Assembly (NCBI GenBank): GCA_019704295.1
Contig: AP024596.1
Span: forward strand, 64,001-128,000
Source of the DNA: Sulfolobales archaeon HS-7
GTDB lineage: Archaea > Thermoproteota > Thermoprotei_A > Sulfolobales > Sulfolobaceae
Reading direction: 5' to 3'
Length of the DNA: 64,000 bases
Shown here one piece after another: positions 39,544-49,025 of this stretch. A model generated the notes under the pieces. The model was not told the origin of the DNA, searched no databases, and saw only the letters and a list, made by a program, of their open reading frames with translations. The position numbers and the translations under genes were made by a program. The first letter of the stretch is position 1. Each line of letters opens with the position of its first letter.

Positions 39544-39695
39544 TCACGTGTTCATTACGAATTTAGTTTATTTAGAAAAATAGAATGAATTTGATTGAAT
39601 GTCGTTGTGTGGACTAGGTAGAGATTCGCACTTAACAATTTCTTTTATTTAATTGCAATTTGCAATAATTACAATTCGCAATGGAAGCTGAATCG
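39544..39695 (-). mobile_element. MITE family B, copy 1 (~152 bp)
   Basis: Reverse complement aligns end to end with 54087-54239, including exact blocks aaattcattctatttttctaaa and aatctctacctagt; has its own imperfect TIRs (core cattgcgaatt). Confidence 0.8.
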
Positions 39696-39702
39696 CCGCA
39701 CC

Positions 39703-40638
39703 CTATAAAGATTCGAAATAATCTTTATCTATTTCCTTCAAAGAGTAACTCTGAATTTCTCTGACACCTACCATATTTTCGATCATTAATGACGCCAATT
39801 GAATACCATCAATGAGAATTATAATGTGGTCAGAATCTTTTTTAGCCGTCTCTATGGCTTCTTTGCTAAATTTTGCCGTAGTTATAAATATCCCCTTTTT
39901 GGCATGTTTAATCGTTAATGCACCTATGAAGTCCCTTATTTCTTTAGCTCCCACAGTTTGGTTTCTATTCCAACGCTTTGCTTGAAGGTATATCTTGTCA
40001 AATCCTAATTTATCTTGTGAAATTTCGCCATCGATTCCTTGGTCATTCGGTTGGCCAAGAACATTTGCCAATTCCTCGAAATTCTTTCCATATCCTAATG
40101 CCAATACTAGGTCTATTATAATTCGTTCAAAATCGGCTGGTTTTACATTCGATAAAACATTTAGTAAATCATTCGCTAATATCTTGTCTCTTTTTTTGAA
40201 AATCTCGGCAATTTCTTCATCGGGAGTAGATTCAGGTTCTTTCATTTCTTTTTGATAATTGGGCTTGTTCCTTCCCTTATTTCGCTTTGTTCCTATGAAC
40301 TCGACAAACGAGGGGAACTTTTCCAAATAAGTATAACGCACTCTCTCCGGAATAATCTTTGCCTCATTTTTCCCCTCATCAGAAATCTTGTACTTCGAAC
40401 GTCCTGTTCTGATTAAAAGGCCAGCCTGAACTAAGTAGGTGATGGCCCAGGATATCCTATCATAAATATACGTTCTCGTACCATTTGGCATTAGGCGATT
40501 CCTCTGCTCTTCATTTAGATTAAATTGCCTTGACATCTCTTCAATGGTTTCAGATAAGTCGTGCTCCTTACCATCACTGGCAAATCTTAATATGGGGGCT
40601 AAAAACTCATCAAATCTTGGTAGATCTATTTCCGTCAT
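39703..40638 (-). CDS. mrr: Mrr type IV (modification-dependent) restriction endonuclease
   Basis: Mrr N-terminal wHTH (PILRFASDGKEH...DRISWAITYLVQAGL) and catalytic domain FE..I.DL...LGYG, DQGIDG...YLQAKRW, GIFITT, LIDG. Confidence 0.93.
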   Translation of the reverse strand: MTEIDLPRFDEFLAPILRFASDGKEHDLSETIEEMSRQFNLNEEQRNRLMPNGTRTYIYDRISWAITYLVQAGLLIRTGRSKYKISDEGKNEAKIIPERVRYTYLEKFPSFVEFIGTKRNKGRNKPNYQKEMKEPESTPDEEIAEIFKKRDKILANDLLNVLSNVKPADFERIIIDLVLALGYGKNFEELANVLGQPNDQGIDGEISQDKLGFDKIYLQAKRWNRNQTVGAKEIRDFIGALTIKHAKKGIFITTAKFSKEAIETAKKDSDHIIILIDGIQLASLMIENMVGVREIQSYSLKEIDKDYFESL

Positions 40639-41010
40639 TCAATCTTCACCTTTGTCTTATCATACGTCTTTGTGGTCTTGGCTTCTTTATTTTCTTTTGT
40701 CTATACCATAACGTAGATTTATTCAGTTTCCAGAAATTCCATTGCTGAGTAATCTACAACGGAACAATTCCTGTAGATCGTAAACGAGAGGCCCTACGCG
40801 CTTCGTCCCTAACACAGTTATGGGGATAAAGAGTCCAGAACCACCTACATCAACATGACAGTCCTTAACGTTCTTAGGCTTAGGTAACTTGGACTTACTC
40901 ACGACTAAACCCTTATACACCACCTCTGTAATAACGTGGTCACTGACGCTAGTGCTTGATTTTCCCCGTGGAAGAAGCCTAAACGGATTGAACATCTTCG
41001 CCAGCCTCAT
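40635..41010 (-). pseudogene. cas1: Decayed casposase-type Cas1-solo fragment
   Basis: Collinear frameshifted blocks LAKMFN, SVSDHV, PLVYDLQELFR (40759-40791), VDYSAMEFLE, NKSTLWYRQKKIK (from 40723 downward), EAKTTKTYDKTKVKIE-stop. Confidence 0.75.
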
Positions 41011-41353
41011 AGGTCTATCTTATAAAATTCAGCGGTTTATGACCCTCAAGAACGTTGAACTCTAAGCTAAAACCTCGCTAGAAAAGCTCGTTGCTAGCCT
41101 TGATTATCGAAAATCACAAAATTATTTGTGATTATATTTAATAAATTAATTTTATATTATTGTTCTCCTCGTAATTAAACGAATTTGATTCTAGACTAAC
41201 GTGTTTATAATTTTTTACTTTATCTAGTTAATTACATTAATTATACATTGAACATTTTCACGTTTACCACCAGATGAGAAAGTGGATAATAGAATCACCT
41301 TTATAATATATATCTGATAAAGTTTGAGTCGTCAGTGAATAAAATTGTGGACA

Positions 41354-41524
41354 ATGGCATTACTAGGAGGGTTAGTATTAGAACAGTATTGGTACTTATT
41401 CGTAGTTATTGCCCTGATCCCGTTCATTATAGGGATAGTCTTTGGAATTGTATTGCCCGCGTTTCAAGAGAGACGTAGTAAACCTGTGAAGAAACCCCAG
41501 GTTAAGAAGAAAGCCAAAAAGTAA
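41354..41524 (+). CDS. Small membrane protein with Lys-rich tail (56 aa; not in ORF track)
   Basis: MALLGGLVLEQYWYLFVVIALIPFIIGIVFGIVLPAFQERRSKPVKKPQVKKKAKK; AT-rich promoter region upstream. Confidence 0.65.
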   Translation: MALLGGLVLEQYWYLFVVIALIPFIIGIVFGIVLPAFQERRSKPVKKPQVKKKAKK

Positions 41525-41577
41525 TATAGGAAATTTCAACTCTAATTTATAATCCTGACGAACTATCACAGTAGTTA

Positions 41578-43653
41578 ATGAAAAGAACGGATGTGGTTGA
41601 ACCTCTTCGAGGAAGAGGAGGATTTGTGGACGATTTCGACTATAAGGGAAAATACGTTTCGTTTGTAAGGAGTCCTTATCCACACGCAAGGATTTTGAAG
41701 ATCGATTACACCGACGTTACAAGAAAAGGGGGACACGTTTTTACCGGTAAGGATATCCGACTCTCCGCTGTGAGAGCGGGAGAAAGGGAAGGAGGTGAAA
41801 CCTCTTCAATTTTAGCTAGGGACAAGGTAAGATACCTAGGAGAACCCGTAACAATGATTGTAGGGGACGATCCCTATCTACTTGAGGATTTAAAGGAATT
41901 AGTTGTAGTTGATTATGAGCCTCTCGAGCCTATTTCCTCCATAGAAAGGGCACTTAAAGACGACGTATTAGTATTCGAGAATTTAAAATCGAATTTGGTG
42001 CTTAGCAGGGAAACCTCATTTGGTTCCCTCCCAAAGAATGATAAACAGATAGAGCTTGAACTTTACTGGTCTAGAAGCTCTGGAAACCCGATCGAACCCT
42101 ACGCTGCAGTTGTTATTCCCCAAGGGGACTCATTAAAGATAATATCTAATCAGCAAGCCCCTTATGCCGTTATTCAGGAAGTAGAGAAAGCTGTTGGCGT
42201 TAAAATAAATCACATCCCTGCAAGACATGGTGGAAGTTTCGGCGCTAAATTCTCCCTTTCTAAATACCTGACCGTTCTAGCATACGCCTCTAAAAAACTG
42301 GATCTACCTCTTAAGTGGATCGAGACCAGAACGGAACATTTGCTCGCCTCTAACTCCAGTGGGCCAGAAAGGAAGTTCAAGGCTAGAGCGTACTTTAAAC
42401 CTTCAGGTGAGGTCACTGGACTGGACTTCGAGATATGGGAGGATATCGGGGCGTCCACTTTTGCAGGACAGCCATTCAAGCCTACCGGCATCTTAGCAGG
42501 TCCTTACAAAATAAGGAATATCAGGTACTTAGTAAATCTAGTGGCCACTAATAAGAATCCTCCTGGTGCATTTAGAGGAGCTGGTACTCCTCCTCATACT
42601 TGGGCTTTAGAAAGGGTCATGGATAACATAGCCGACGAATTGGGTATTGAACGCAGTACCGTAAGAAAGATTAACTTAATCGACTCCTTTCCATACGAAG
42701 CCCCATATGCAGTATACGAATCGGGTAATCCGAGAAAATTACTGGAGCTGGCTCTATCAAGGAATGACCTTTTCTCGCTTCGTAATAACAATATAGGTGT
42801 AGGTATAGCAACCTCGACAGATCCCAGTACACCCTCGGGTTCTGAGGGAGTCAGACTGTCAATTAAGAATGGAAAAATCGTCATAGGTCTAGGATATGGC
42901 CCTGAGGGTCAGGGAAATGAGGACAGTGCGCGGATCTTAGTGTCGAAGTTTCTAGATATACCGATAGACATGGTGGAATATCAGATAATGGATAACATGA
43001 CAGCACCGCAGTCATTCGGACCAGGCGGAAGTAGAATGGCGGCTTTCCTGTCAGGCGCAATAGCAGGAGCTAGTGAGGAATTATTAGCGAGACTCAGAAG
43101 AAAGGCCTTCTCAATACTAGGTGAAGGGTTGGAGTACAAGAGCGGTCATTTCTATAACGATAGGGGAAAGCTATCAATAACCCAACTCGGGGAGGAGAAT
43201 GTGGATTTCATATTCTCCTTGCAGAGTAAAACTAGGTTCAATGCCTATCCCTTTGCATGCGACGTTGCCGTTGTTAGAGTAGACGAGGATAAGATAACGC
43301 CAATCAAGCAGGTCGTATACATTGATTCAGGAGTTCCGATAGATGAAGATCTCGTAAAGGAACAGGTAATAGGAGGGACCGCAATAGGCATTTCCCTAGC
43401 TCTCTATGAATCATATAAGTACTCAGATGACGGATACCTCTTAACAACATCCCTTGCTGATTACGGAATGCCCTCAGCCGCTGACCTCCCAGAAATAGAG
43501 GTCAACATTGAGTATACCCCCTCTACGTCAAACCCTTATGGCGCAAAGGGAATAGGGGAGATCCCTGTAGGTGTTGCAGCTGCGGCGGTAACCAGTGCCG
43601 TAGAAGACGTAATAAAAAGGAAAATCACCAAGATACCTATAGTGCCCCTCTAG
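41578..43653 (+). CDS. Xanthine dehydrogenase-family molybdopterin-binding large subunit (CoxL-like, not form I CODH)
   Basis: VRSPYPHA, GGSFGAK, GAFRGAG, GPGGSR, EQVIGG, GAKGIGE. Confidence 0.9.
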   Translation: MKRTDVVEPLRGRGGFVDDFDYKGKYVSFVRSPYPHARILKIDYTDVTRKGGHVFTGKDIRLSAVRAGEREGGETSSILARDKVRYLGEPVTMIVGDDPYLLEDLKELVVVDYEPLEPISSIERALKDDVLVFENLKSNLVLSRETSFGSLPKNDKQIELELYWSRSSGNPIEPYAAVVIPQGDSLKIISNQQAPYAVIQEVEKAVGVKINHIPARHGGSFGAKFSLSKYLTVLAYASKKLDLPLKWIETRTEHLLASNSSGPERKFKARAYFKPSGEVTGLDFEIWEDIGASTFAGQPFKPTGILAGPYKIRNIRYLVNLVATNKNPPGAFRGAGTPPHTWALERVMDNIADELGIERSTVRKINLIDSFPYEAPYAVYESGNPRKLLELALSRNDLFSLRNNNIGVGIATSTDPSTPSGSEGVRLSIKNGKIVIGLGYGPEGQGNEDSARILVSKFLDIPIDMVEYQIMDNMTAPQSFGPGGSRMAAFLSGAIAGASEELLARLRRKAFSILGEGLEYKSGHFYNDRGKLSITQLGEENVDFIFSLQSKTRFNAYPFACDVAVVRVDEDKITPIKQVVYIDSGVPIDEDLVKEQVIGGTAIGISLALYESYKYSDDGYLLTTSLADYGMPSAADLPEIEVNIEYTPSTSNPYGAKGIGEIPVGVAAAAVTSAVEDVIKRKITKIPIVPL

Positions 43654-43656
43654 CCC

Positions 43657-44034
43657 TTAGAAGAAAAGCGATCTGTCAGCATCTAATGTAAGGTCTATGA
43701 GCGTGGAACCCCCTACTATACTTACGTCAGATATTACCTGGTCTTCTCTCATATGGCACATATCCTTCAAACTCTGAATACAAACGTACATTTTAACTCC
43801 GTTATCTTTTGCCATATCAAAAAACCTGATAAACGGGTTATCCCCTTTTTTCCTCTCCTCCTCTTGCCACTTTTTATCTAATAGAAGAGGTCCCTTTATC
43901 ATGAAAAATACTGACGTGTCCATTTCCATGGAGGCTGCTATCGATGCCATAAACATTGGGGCATACGTCCTGTCTATATCCTCTGGACCGTGGGTAACTA
44001 CAATCAATATTTTCTTCTTCTCTTCCTCAGCCAT
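43657..44034 (-). CDS. dsrE3A: Sulfur carrier DsrE3A
   Basis: [20 protein letters not shown]...[11 protein letters not shown]; divergent from dsrE2B-tusA. Confidence 0.9.
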   Translation of the reverse strand: MAEEEKKKILIVVTHGPEDIDRTYAPMFMASIAASMEMDTSVFFMIKGPLLLDKKWQEEERKKGDNPFIRFFDMAKDNGVKMYVCIQSLKDMCHMREDQVISDVSIVGGSTLIDLTLDADRSLFF

Positions 44035-44210
44035 AAACTTCACCAAAAAGATGTTACTAATACTAGATTAAATTTCTTTCTTTTAGCATTAACTAGATTA
44101 TGTCATAAACTTTACGAAATTTGTGTAGTAATAAAAATCAATAATATTTTTGTTTATCTAAATAAGGGAAAACTTAAAAATTAATACTCAAATAATGAAA
44201 TGGTGAAAGT

Positions 44211-44633
44211 TTGTCTCAGGACAAGAAAAAAGTCTCAATAATAGTTTTCTCCGGTCAACTGGATAAACTAATGCCCGTTGGGATAATAGCGAGTGGAGCT
44301 GCTGCGAGCGGATGGGAGGTTAATTTGTTTTTCACTTTTTGGGGACTCAACGCGCTAAGAAAGGACATGTTGGAAAAGAACACAGTAATTAGTAAGGAAT
44401 TTGAAAGTTACGCTCCTGCAATAATGGATGCAATGAAGAAAATGAATTACCCTCCATGGTTCGAATTAGTCAAGCAGGCTAAGGAGGTAGGGGAAGTTAA
44501 GGTATTTGCGTGCTCTACTACAATGGAGATGATGGGTGTTAAGAGAGAGATGTTACCAGAATTCGTTGATGACATTGTGGGTGTAGCGACTTTTCTAGAT
44601 AGAGCCGAGGGAGGAATCACCTTATTCATTTGA
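44211..44633 (+). CDS. dsrE2B: Sulfur carrier DsrE2B (DsrE/DrsH-like)
   Basis: SIIVFSG..DK, LFFTFWGL, FACSTTM, VGVATFL. Confidence 0.88.
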   Translation: MSQDKKKVSIIVFSGQLDKLMPVGIIASGAAASGWEVNLFFTFWGLNALRKDMLEKNTVISKEFESYAPAIMDAMKKMNYPPWFELVKQAKEVGEVKVFACSTTMEMMGVKREMLPEFVDDIVGVATFLDRAEGGITLFI

Positions 44634-44634
44634 G

Positions 44635-44880
44635 GTGGTAGAGGTGAGCGTAAAACCTGTGAAAACGGTCGATGCAAGGGGCATGTATTGTCCAGGACCT
44701 GTTATGGAAACTGCAAAGGCAATTAAACAGATTAATGTAGGCGAAGTGTTGGAAATTTTAGCAACGGATCCCGCAGCGAAGCCGGATATTGAAGCTTGGG
44801 CAAGAAGAACAGGAAACGAGATTTTGAATATAGAACAGCAGGGAGATGCTACCAGAATACTTATTAAAAGAGTTAAATAA
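44635..44880 (+). CDS. tusA: Sulfurtransferase TusA
   Basis: DARGMYCPGP, LATDP, DIEAWA. Start is GTG at 44635 or 44644. Confidence 0.93.
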   Translation: MVEVSVKPVKTVDARGMYCPGPVMETAKAIKQINVGEVLEILATDPAAKPDIEAWARRTGNEILNIEQQGDATRILIKRVK

Positions 44881-44931
44881 GAGTTTTTATAATATAAAGG
44901 TTTTTTATATTGTTTGAAAGTACGTTATTAG

Positions 44932-45774
44932 GTGTTTGAGTTGGCCACAGTAAAGTTATCCTTACCCGAGGACCCAAGATATCTCGACATGTCATATGCT
45001 GAGCAAGGACCTCTACCAGAGGAAATGAGAAATTTGGATCAGCTTTCGGAAAAAGATAGAAAACTAGCACTAGAATTTTACCAATCGCTTGCTTCCGACT
45101 TTAGATATAACGAATACTTAAGGGGATGCCTCAATTGCGGGGTTTGTACTTCGAGCTGTCCCGCTGCTAAATTTTACGATTTCGGTCCTCGTGAAATGAT
45201 ACAATACATGATGCGAGGCGAGTACGACAAAATTTATGAGTTCACTAACGAGAAGGTTTGGGCATGTGTCCAGTGCTATACCTGTAGTATGAGGTGTCCT
45301 TTCAACAATGAGATAGCCGGATTGATCATGCTACTGAGGGAGTACGCAGTTAAGTTCGGCTTGGAGTCCGCTAAACAAATACTTGCTCCTTATAGACGAA
45401 TATTGTTAACAGTTCTCACTACGGGTAATCAAGTTACGCCAGATATGATACAACCGGAAACATTTGCGGACTGGGGACCGCAGGCCTTAGAGGAATCAAA
45501 AAACATGGATGTCTACAGAAAAGCTATACCTGTGGACCTAATGCAGAGAACGGATATCGGATGGCATGCCTCCTTACAAACTGCAGTGGAACTCATGACT
45601 ATAATGATTGAAGCCGGGGTTATAGAAAGCCTGAAAAATATTGATAAAGATCTATACGATATGATCATCGACATTTATGAGGAAAGGAAGCAATTCCTTG
45701 AGGAAATAAAGGAGAAATATCAGAAAGGTGAATTAAACGAGGAAGAGCTACCCGATAGCTGGCTAGATTTATAA
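44932..45774 (+). CDS. hdrC1: Sulfur-oxidizing heterodisulfide reductase-like subunit C1
   Basis: Two ferredoxin motifs CLNCGVCTSSCP and CVQCYTCSMRCP; cluster context. Likely TTG start at 44941. Confidence 0.92.
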   Translation: MFELATVKLSLPEDPRYLDMSYAEQGPLPEEMRNLDQLSEKDRKLALEFYQSLASDFRYNEYLRGCLNCGVCTSSCPAAKFYDFGPREMIQYMMRGEYDKIYEFTNEKVWACVQCYTCSMRCPFNNEIAGLIMLLREYAVKFGLESAKQILAPYRRILLTVLTTGNQVTPDMIQPETFADWGPQALEESKNMDVYRKAIPVDLMQRTDIGWHASLQTAVELMTIMIEAGVIESLKNIDKDLYDMIIDIYEERKQFLEEIKEKYQKGELNEEELPDSWLDL

Positions 45775-45902
45775 CATAAAGTTCGTCAGTTGTGCAATTT
45801 ACTCATTTTGTCATTTTTTTGTGATTTAGACAGAAATCATGATATTTTATTAATAAAAACTTTTTAAGTATCAATGATACTATTTTGATTAGGTGAATTT
45901 GT

Positions 45903-47201
45903 TTGGAAAGTTCAGTAGAACAGAACCCTGAGAGGGAGATGGAGAGAGCATTTCCCAATGACCTGGATTGGGAGGAAATATATCAAAGGGTTATTTACAA
46001 GTATAGCTCACCCCATGGTATTCAACATATTAAAGAACTTATGTACAAGCTCGAGGATAAAGGGGAAATTATAGTCCAACACATAAAACCCAGCAATAAC
46101 CCAGTGGAATATCAAACAATAAATGGAAACCCCAAGAAAATTCCAACTACCAAATTGTGGAACCATAAGTCGTGCGGGCAATGCGGACATATCCCAGGGT
46201 ATCCGACGTCGGTTTTCTGGATAATGAATAAACTCGAGACTGATTACGTTGACGAACCACACCAAACATCATGTACAGGTTGGAATTATCATGCCTCAGG
46301 CGCTTCTAATCCCGTTGCACTAGCAGGTGTCATGGTTAGGAATTTCTGGAGAGCCTACGAAATAGATTATTACCCCCTAATTCATTGCGGAACTTCGTTC
46401 GGTCATTACAAGGAAATCAGAAACATGCTAATACTTCACGACGAAGTAAGGCAAAAGCTTAGACCAATAATGAGAAAACTTGATATGGACATAGTGATCC
46501 CTGAAGAAATTGTTCACTATAGTGAGTGGCTTTACGTAAATAGCAAAAGGGCTGCGTCTCATAAGAGATACGACCTGTCTGAAATAAAGGCCGCGGTCCA
46601 TACGCCATGCCATGTATATAAGTTAGTACCAGATGATACAATTTACGATCCAATAGTGTATCAGGGGAGAAGACCAGCAGCACCTACCGGAACAGTGATT
46701 AATTTCGGTGCAAAACCAGTGGACTACTCCACATGGTGGGACTGCTGTGGTTTCGGATTCAGGCATATACTTACTGAGAGGGAATTCACGCGATCTTTTG
46801 CACTTTTCAAAAAGGTTGTCCCAGCAGTAGAGGAAGCAAATGCTGACGTGTTTGTCACAAGCGATACTGGATGTGTTACTACGCTTGACAAGAGTCAGTG
46901 GGTTGGCAAGGCCCATGGATACAACTATAATCTCCCTGTTTTAGCTGACGCTCAGTTCGCAGCACTTGCTATGGGTGCTGATCCATATAAAATAGGTCAG
47001 ATTCATTGGCATGCTACAGACGTCGAAGGATTCCTAAGGAAGATAGGGGTTCCCATCCAGGAGTATAAGGAACAATTTATTCAATATCTTCAAGATATTA
47101 AAGAGGGAAAGGCTGAAACGGAGTTCCTCTATAAACCTCATAGGAAAATAGACTTTTACTTAGCCCTTCCTGACAGAGTTCAGTATGAAAGACCTCAATA
47201 G
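45903..47201 (+). CDS. hdrB1: sHdr subunit B1
   Basis: KSCGQCGHIPGY, TSCTGW, HCGT, DCCGFGF, DTGC (CCG domains). Confidence 0.93.
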   Translation: MESSVEQNPEREMERAFPNDLDWEEIYQRVIYKYSSPHGIQHIKELMYKLEDKGEIIVQHIKPSNNPVEYQTINGNPKKIPTTKLWNHKSCGQCGHIPGYPTSVFWIMNKLETDYVDEPHQTSCTGWNYHASGASNPVALAGVMVRNFWRAYEIDYYPLIHCGTSFGHYKEIRNMLILHDEVRQKLRPIMRKLDMDIVIPEEIVHYSEWLYVNSKRAASHKRYDLSEIKAAVHTPCHVYKLVPDDTIYDPIVYQGRRPAAPTGTVINFGAKPVDYSTWWDCCGFGFRHILTEREFTRSFALFKKVVPAVEEANADVFVTSDTGCVTTLDKSQWVGKAHGYNYNLPVLADAQFAALAMGADPYKIGQIHWHATDVEGFLRKIGVPIQEYKEQFIQYLQDIKEGKAETEFLYKPHRKIDFYLALPDRVQYERPQ

Positions 47202-47209
47202 GTGTCATT

Positions 47210-48292
47210 ATGGAGAAGAAAGTATTAGTTATAGGAGCAGGGCCAGCAGGACTTTCAGCCACTAGAGAATTAGTTAATATGGACGTGGATGTAATACTTG
47301 TCGAAAGAGAGGCATGCCTTGGAGGAACACCGAAGAAACTTAATTACAGCCTTCTATTCCCTGAGTTAAGACCCGCTTCAGAGGTAATTGATCCCCTAAT
47401 TAAGGTCGCTAAGGAAAGTCCACGAGTTAAAAAATACGTAAACAGCATAATAGACTCAGTTAAAGAGAGTGAGGACGGATTTGAAGTCTCAATCAAAGAT
47501 AAGGAACAAAAGGTCTCCACAGAAAGAGTTTCGGCAATAATAGCGGCTTCAGGTTTTGAACACTTTGACTCTAGAAGGAAATACGAATACGGTTATGGAT
47601 TAATTCCTAATATATATCAAATCTCCGATATTGAGAGAATGCTAAGTGAAAACAAATTAGTGACGACTCGTGGAGTTCCCCCAAAAAGAGTGGCGATACT
47701 ACTCTGCGTTGGTTCTAGGGATGCAACGGTAGGGAATACCTATTGTTCTAGGGTTTGCTGTGCGGTCTCTATAAAGCAGGCCATGGAGATAAAGGAGAGG
47801 GTACCTGATGCAATAGTACATATCTACTATATGGACATAAGGACGTATGGACTAATGGAAGATAAGCTGTATTGGAGATCGCAATTGGAACACAGAGTGG
47901 GTTACATAAGAGGTAGAATTTCCGAATTCATGAGAGGACCAAACGACACCGTCATTATAAAAGGAGAGGACACTATGAATCTCAACAGAGCTCTTGTTGT
48001 GCCATATGATATGGTTATACTCGCTAACGGAATGGAATTAGGTTTAGGTTCTGCACAGGTGGCAAAGGTCTTAGGACTGCGGTTAGAGGAACACGGATTT
48101 ATAAAACCTTTAGATCCGGATAGACTTCCTGTAGTATCTCAAAGGAAGGGAGTATTCCTGGCGGGTGCATTAACGGGACCGAAGACAATGTCGGATTCCA
48201 TAACTGAAGGTCAAGCTGCAGCCATGAAAGCTTACGAATACGTAACGAAGGGTATATGGGAATACGAAGAGATAAAGGTGACTGCACATTAA
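47210..48292 (+). CDS. hdrA: sHdr flavoprotein subunit A
   Basis: VIGAGPAG, CVGSRD...YCSRVCC, YMDIRTYG, GVFLAG...GPK. Confidence 0.95.
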   Translation: MEKKVLVIGAGPAGLSATRELVNMDVDVILVEREACLGGTPKKLNYSLLFPELRPASEVIDPLIKVAKESPRVKKYVNSIIDSVKESEDGFEVSIKDKEQKVSTERVSAIIAASGFEHFDSRRKYEYGYGLIPNIYQISDIERMLSENKLVTTRGVPPKRVAILLCVGSRDATVGNTYCSRVCCAVSIKQAMEIKERVPDAIVHIYYMDIRTYGLMEDKLYWRSQLEHRVGYIRGRISEFMRGPNDTVIIKGEDTMNLNRALVVPYDMVILANGMELGLGSAQVAKVLGLRLEEHGFIKPLDPDRLPVVSQRKGVFLAGALTGPKTMSDSITEGQAAAMKAYEYVTKGIWEYEEIKVTAH

Positions 48293-48344
48293 GCAGACAC
48301 TGAATTTAGTTGACATTCATAGTATTACCGAAATTTATAATGCA

Positions 48345-49025
48345 ATGATGGCCAAGGACATAAAGAACACTGGAGGAAATCCAAAGGAATCGATAGAAAT
48401 AATTAGAAAAGCCATGGAAGTTAAGAGCGATTTACTGAAAAATAAGCGAATTTCGAGTGCTAAAGACGTAATGGAAATTTTTTCGATGATATTTTACCTG
48501 AGGAGAAGTGTAAATTCAATAGTGGAGCAGAATAGTATCGCGGAAATCGCGTCAGCTATTGAGAAACTAAGGGATACATCCCTTCCATACGAGGAAAGAG
48601 AAAAGGCATTGATCACTGTCAAGGGGGCTGAAAAAGAGGACTTAGAGGACGCTTCTAGAGAGATAATTCACTTTATCCAACCAGGGGTTTATCCGCTTTG
48701 GACAAGATGGATATGGAATCCTATGAGGAATACAGGTTCACTTACCTACGTTCTTAAGGAGGGTGTAAGGCTAGAAAATAAAGAGCAACTGTTTTCTGCA
48801 TTTAATGAAATCAGAACTGTTCTCGAAACGTTTAATCTAAACACAGGTAACTACTACGGCCTCTCCATATTCTTAGTTTACGCGTATGTTAGGTACTTGG
48901 ATTACACCACACTACTCGCAGTTGATAAGAAGGCAGCAGGACTTCTTCCAACCCACCTAAGTACAACGGCGATGGTGTTAGGGGTAAAACAGTTAATAAG
49001 GGGGATCAATTACGCCAATAGCTGA
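48345..49025 (+). CDS. Conserved sHdr-cluster hypothetical protein (sHdrH)
   Basis: Position between hdrA and hdrC2; YPLWTRWIW motif. Confidence 0.8.
   Translation: MMAKDIKNTGGNPKESIEIIRKAMEVKSDLLKNKRISSAKDVMEIFSMIFYLRRSVNSIVEQNSIAEIASAIEKLRDTSLPYEEREKALITVKGAEKEDLEDASREIIHFIQPGVYPLWTRWIWNPMRNTGSLTYVLKEGVRLENKEQLFSAFNEIRTVLETFNLNTGNYYGLSIFLVYAYVRYLDYTTLLAVDKKAAGLLPTHLSTTAMVLGVKQLIRGINYANS

Noticed and set aside
40723-41010. 95-aa track ORF as a functional gene
   Set aside because: It is a mosaic of in-frame and out-of-frame Cas1 remnants and is treated as a pseudogene.
41010-41350. CRISPR array or leader next to the cas1 relic
   Set aside because: AT-rich but without repeat-spacer periodicity; no other cas genes in the window.
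41578-43653. Aerobic CO dehydrogenase (form I CoxL)
   Set aside because: Lacks the AYxCSFR active-site loop and has no coxS or coxM neighbours.
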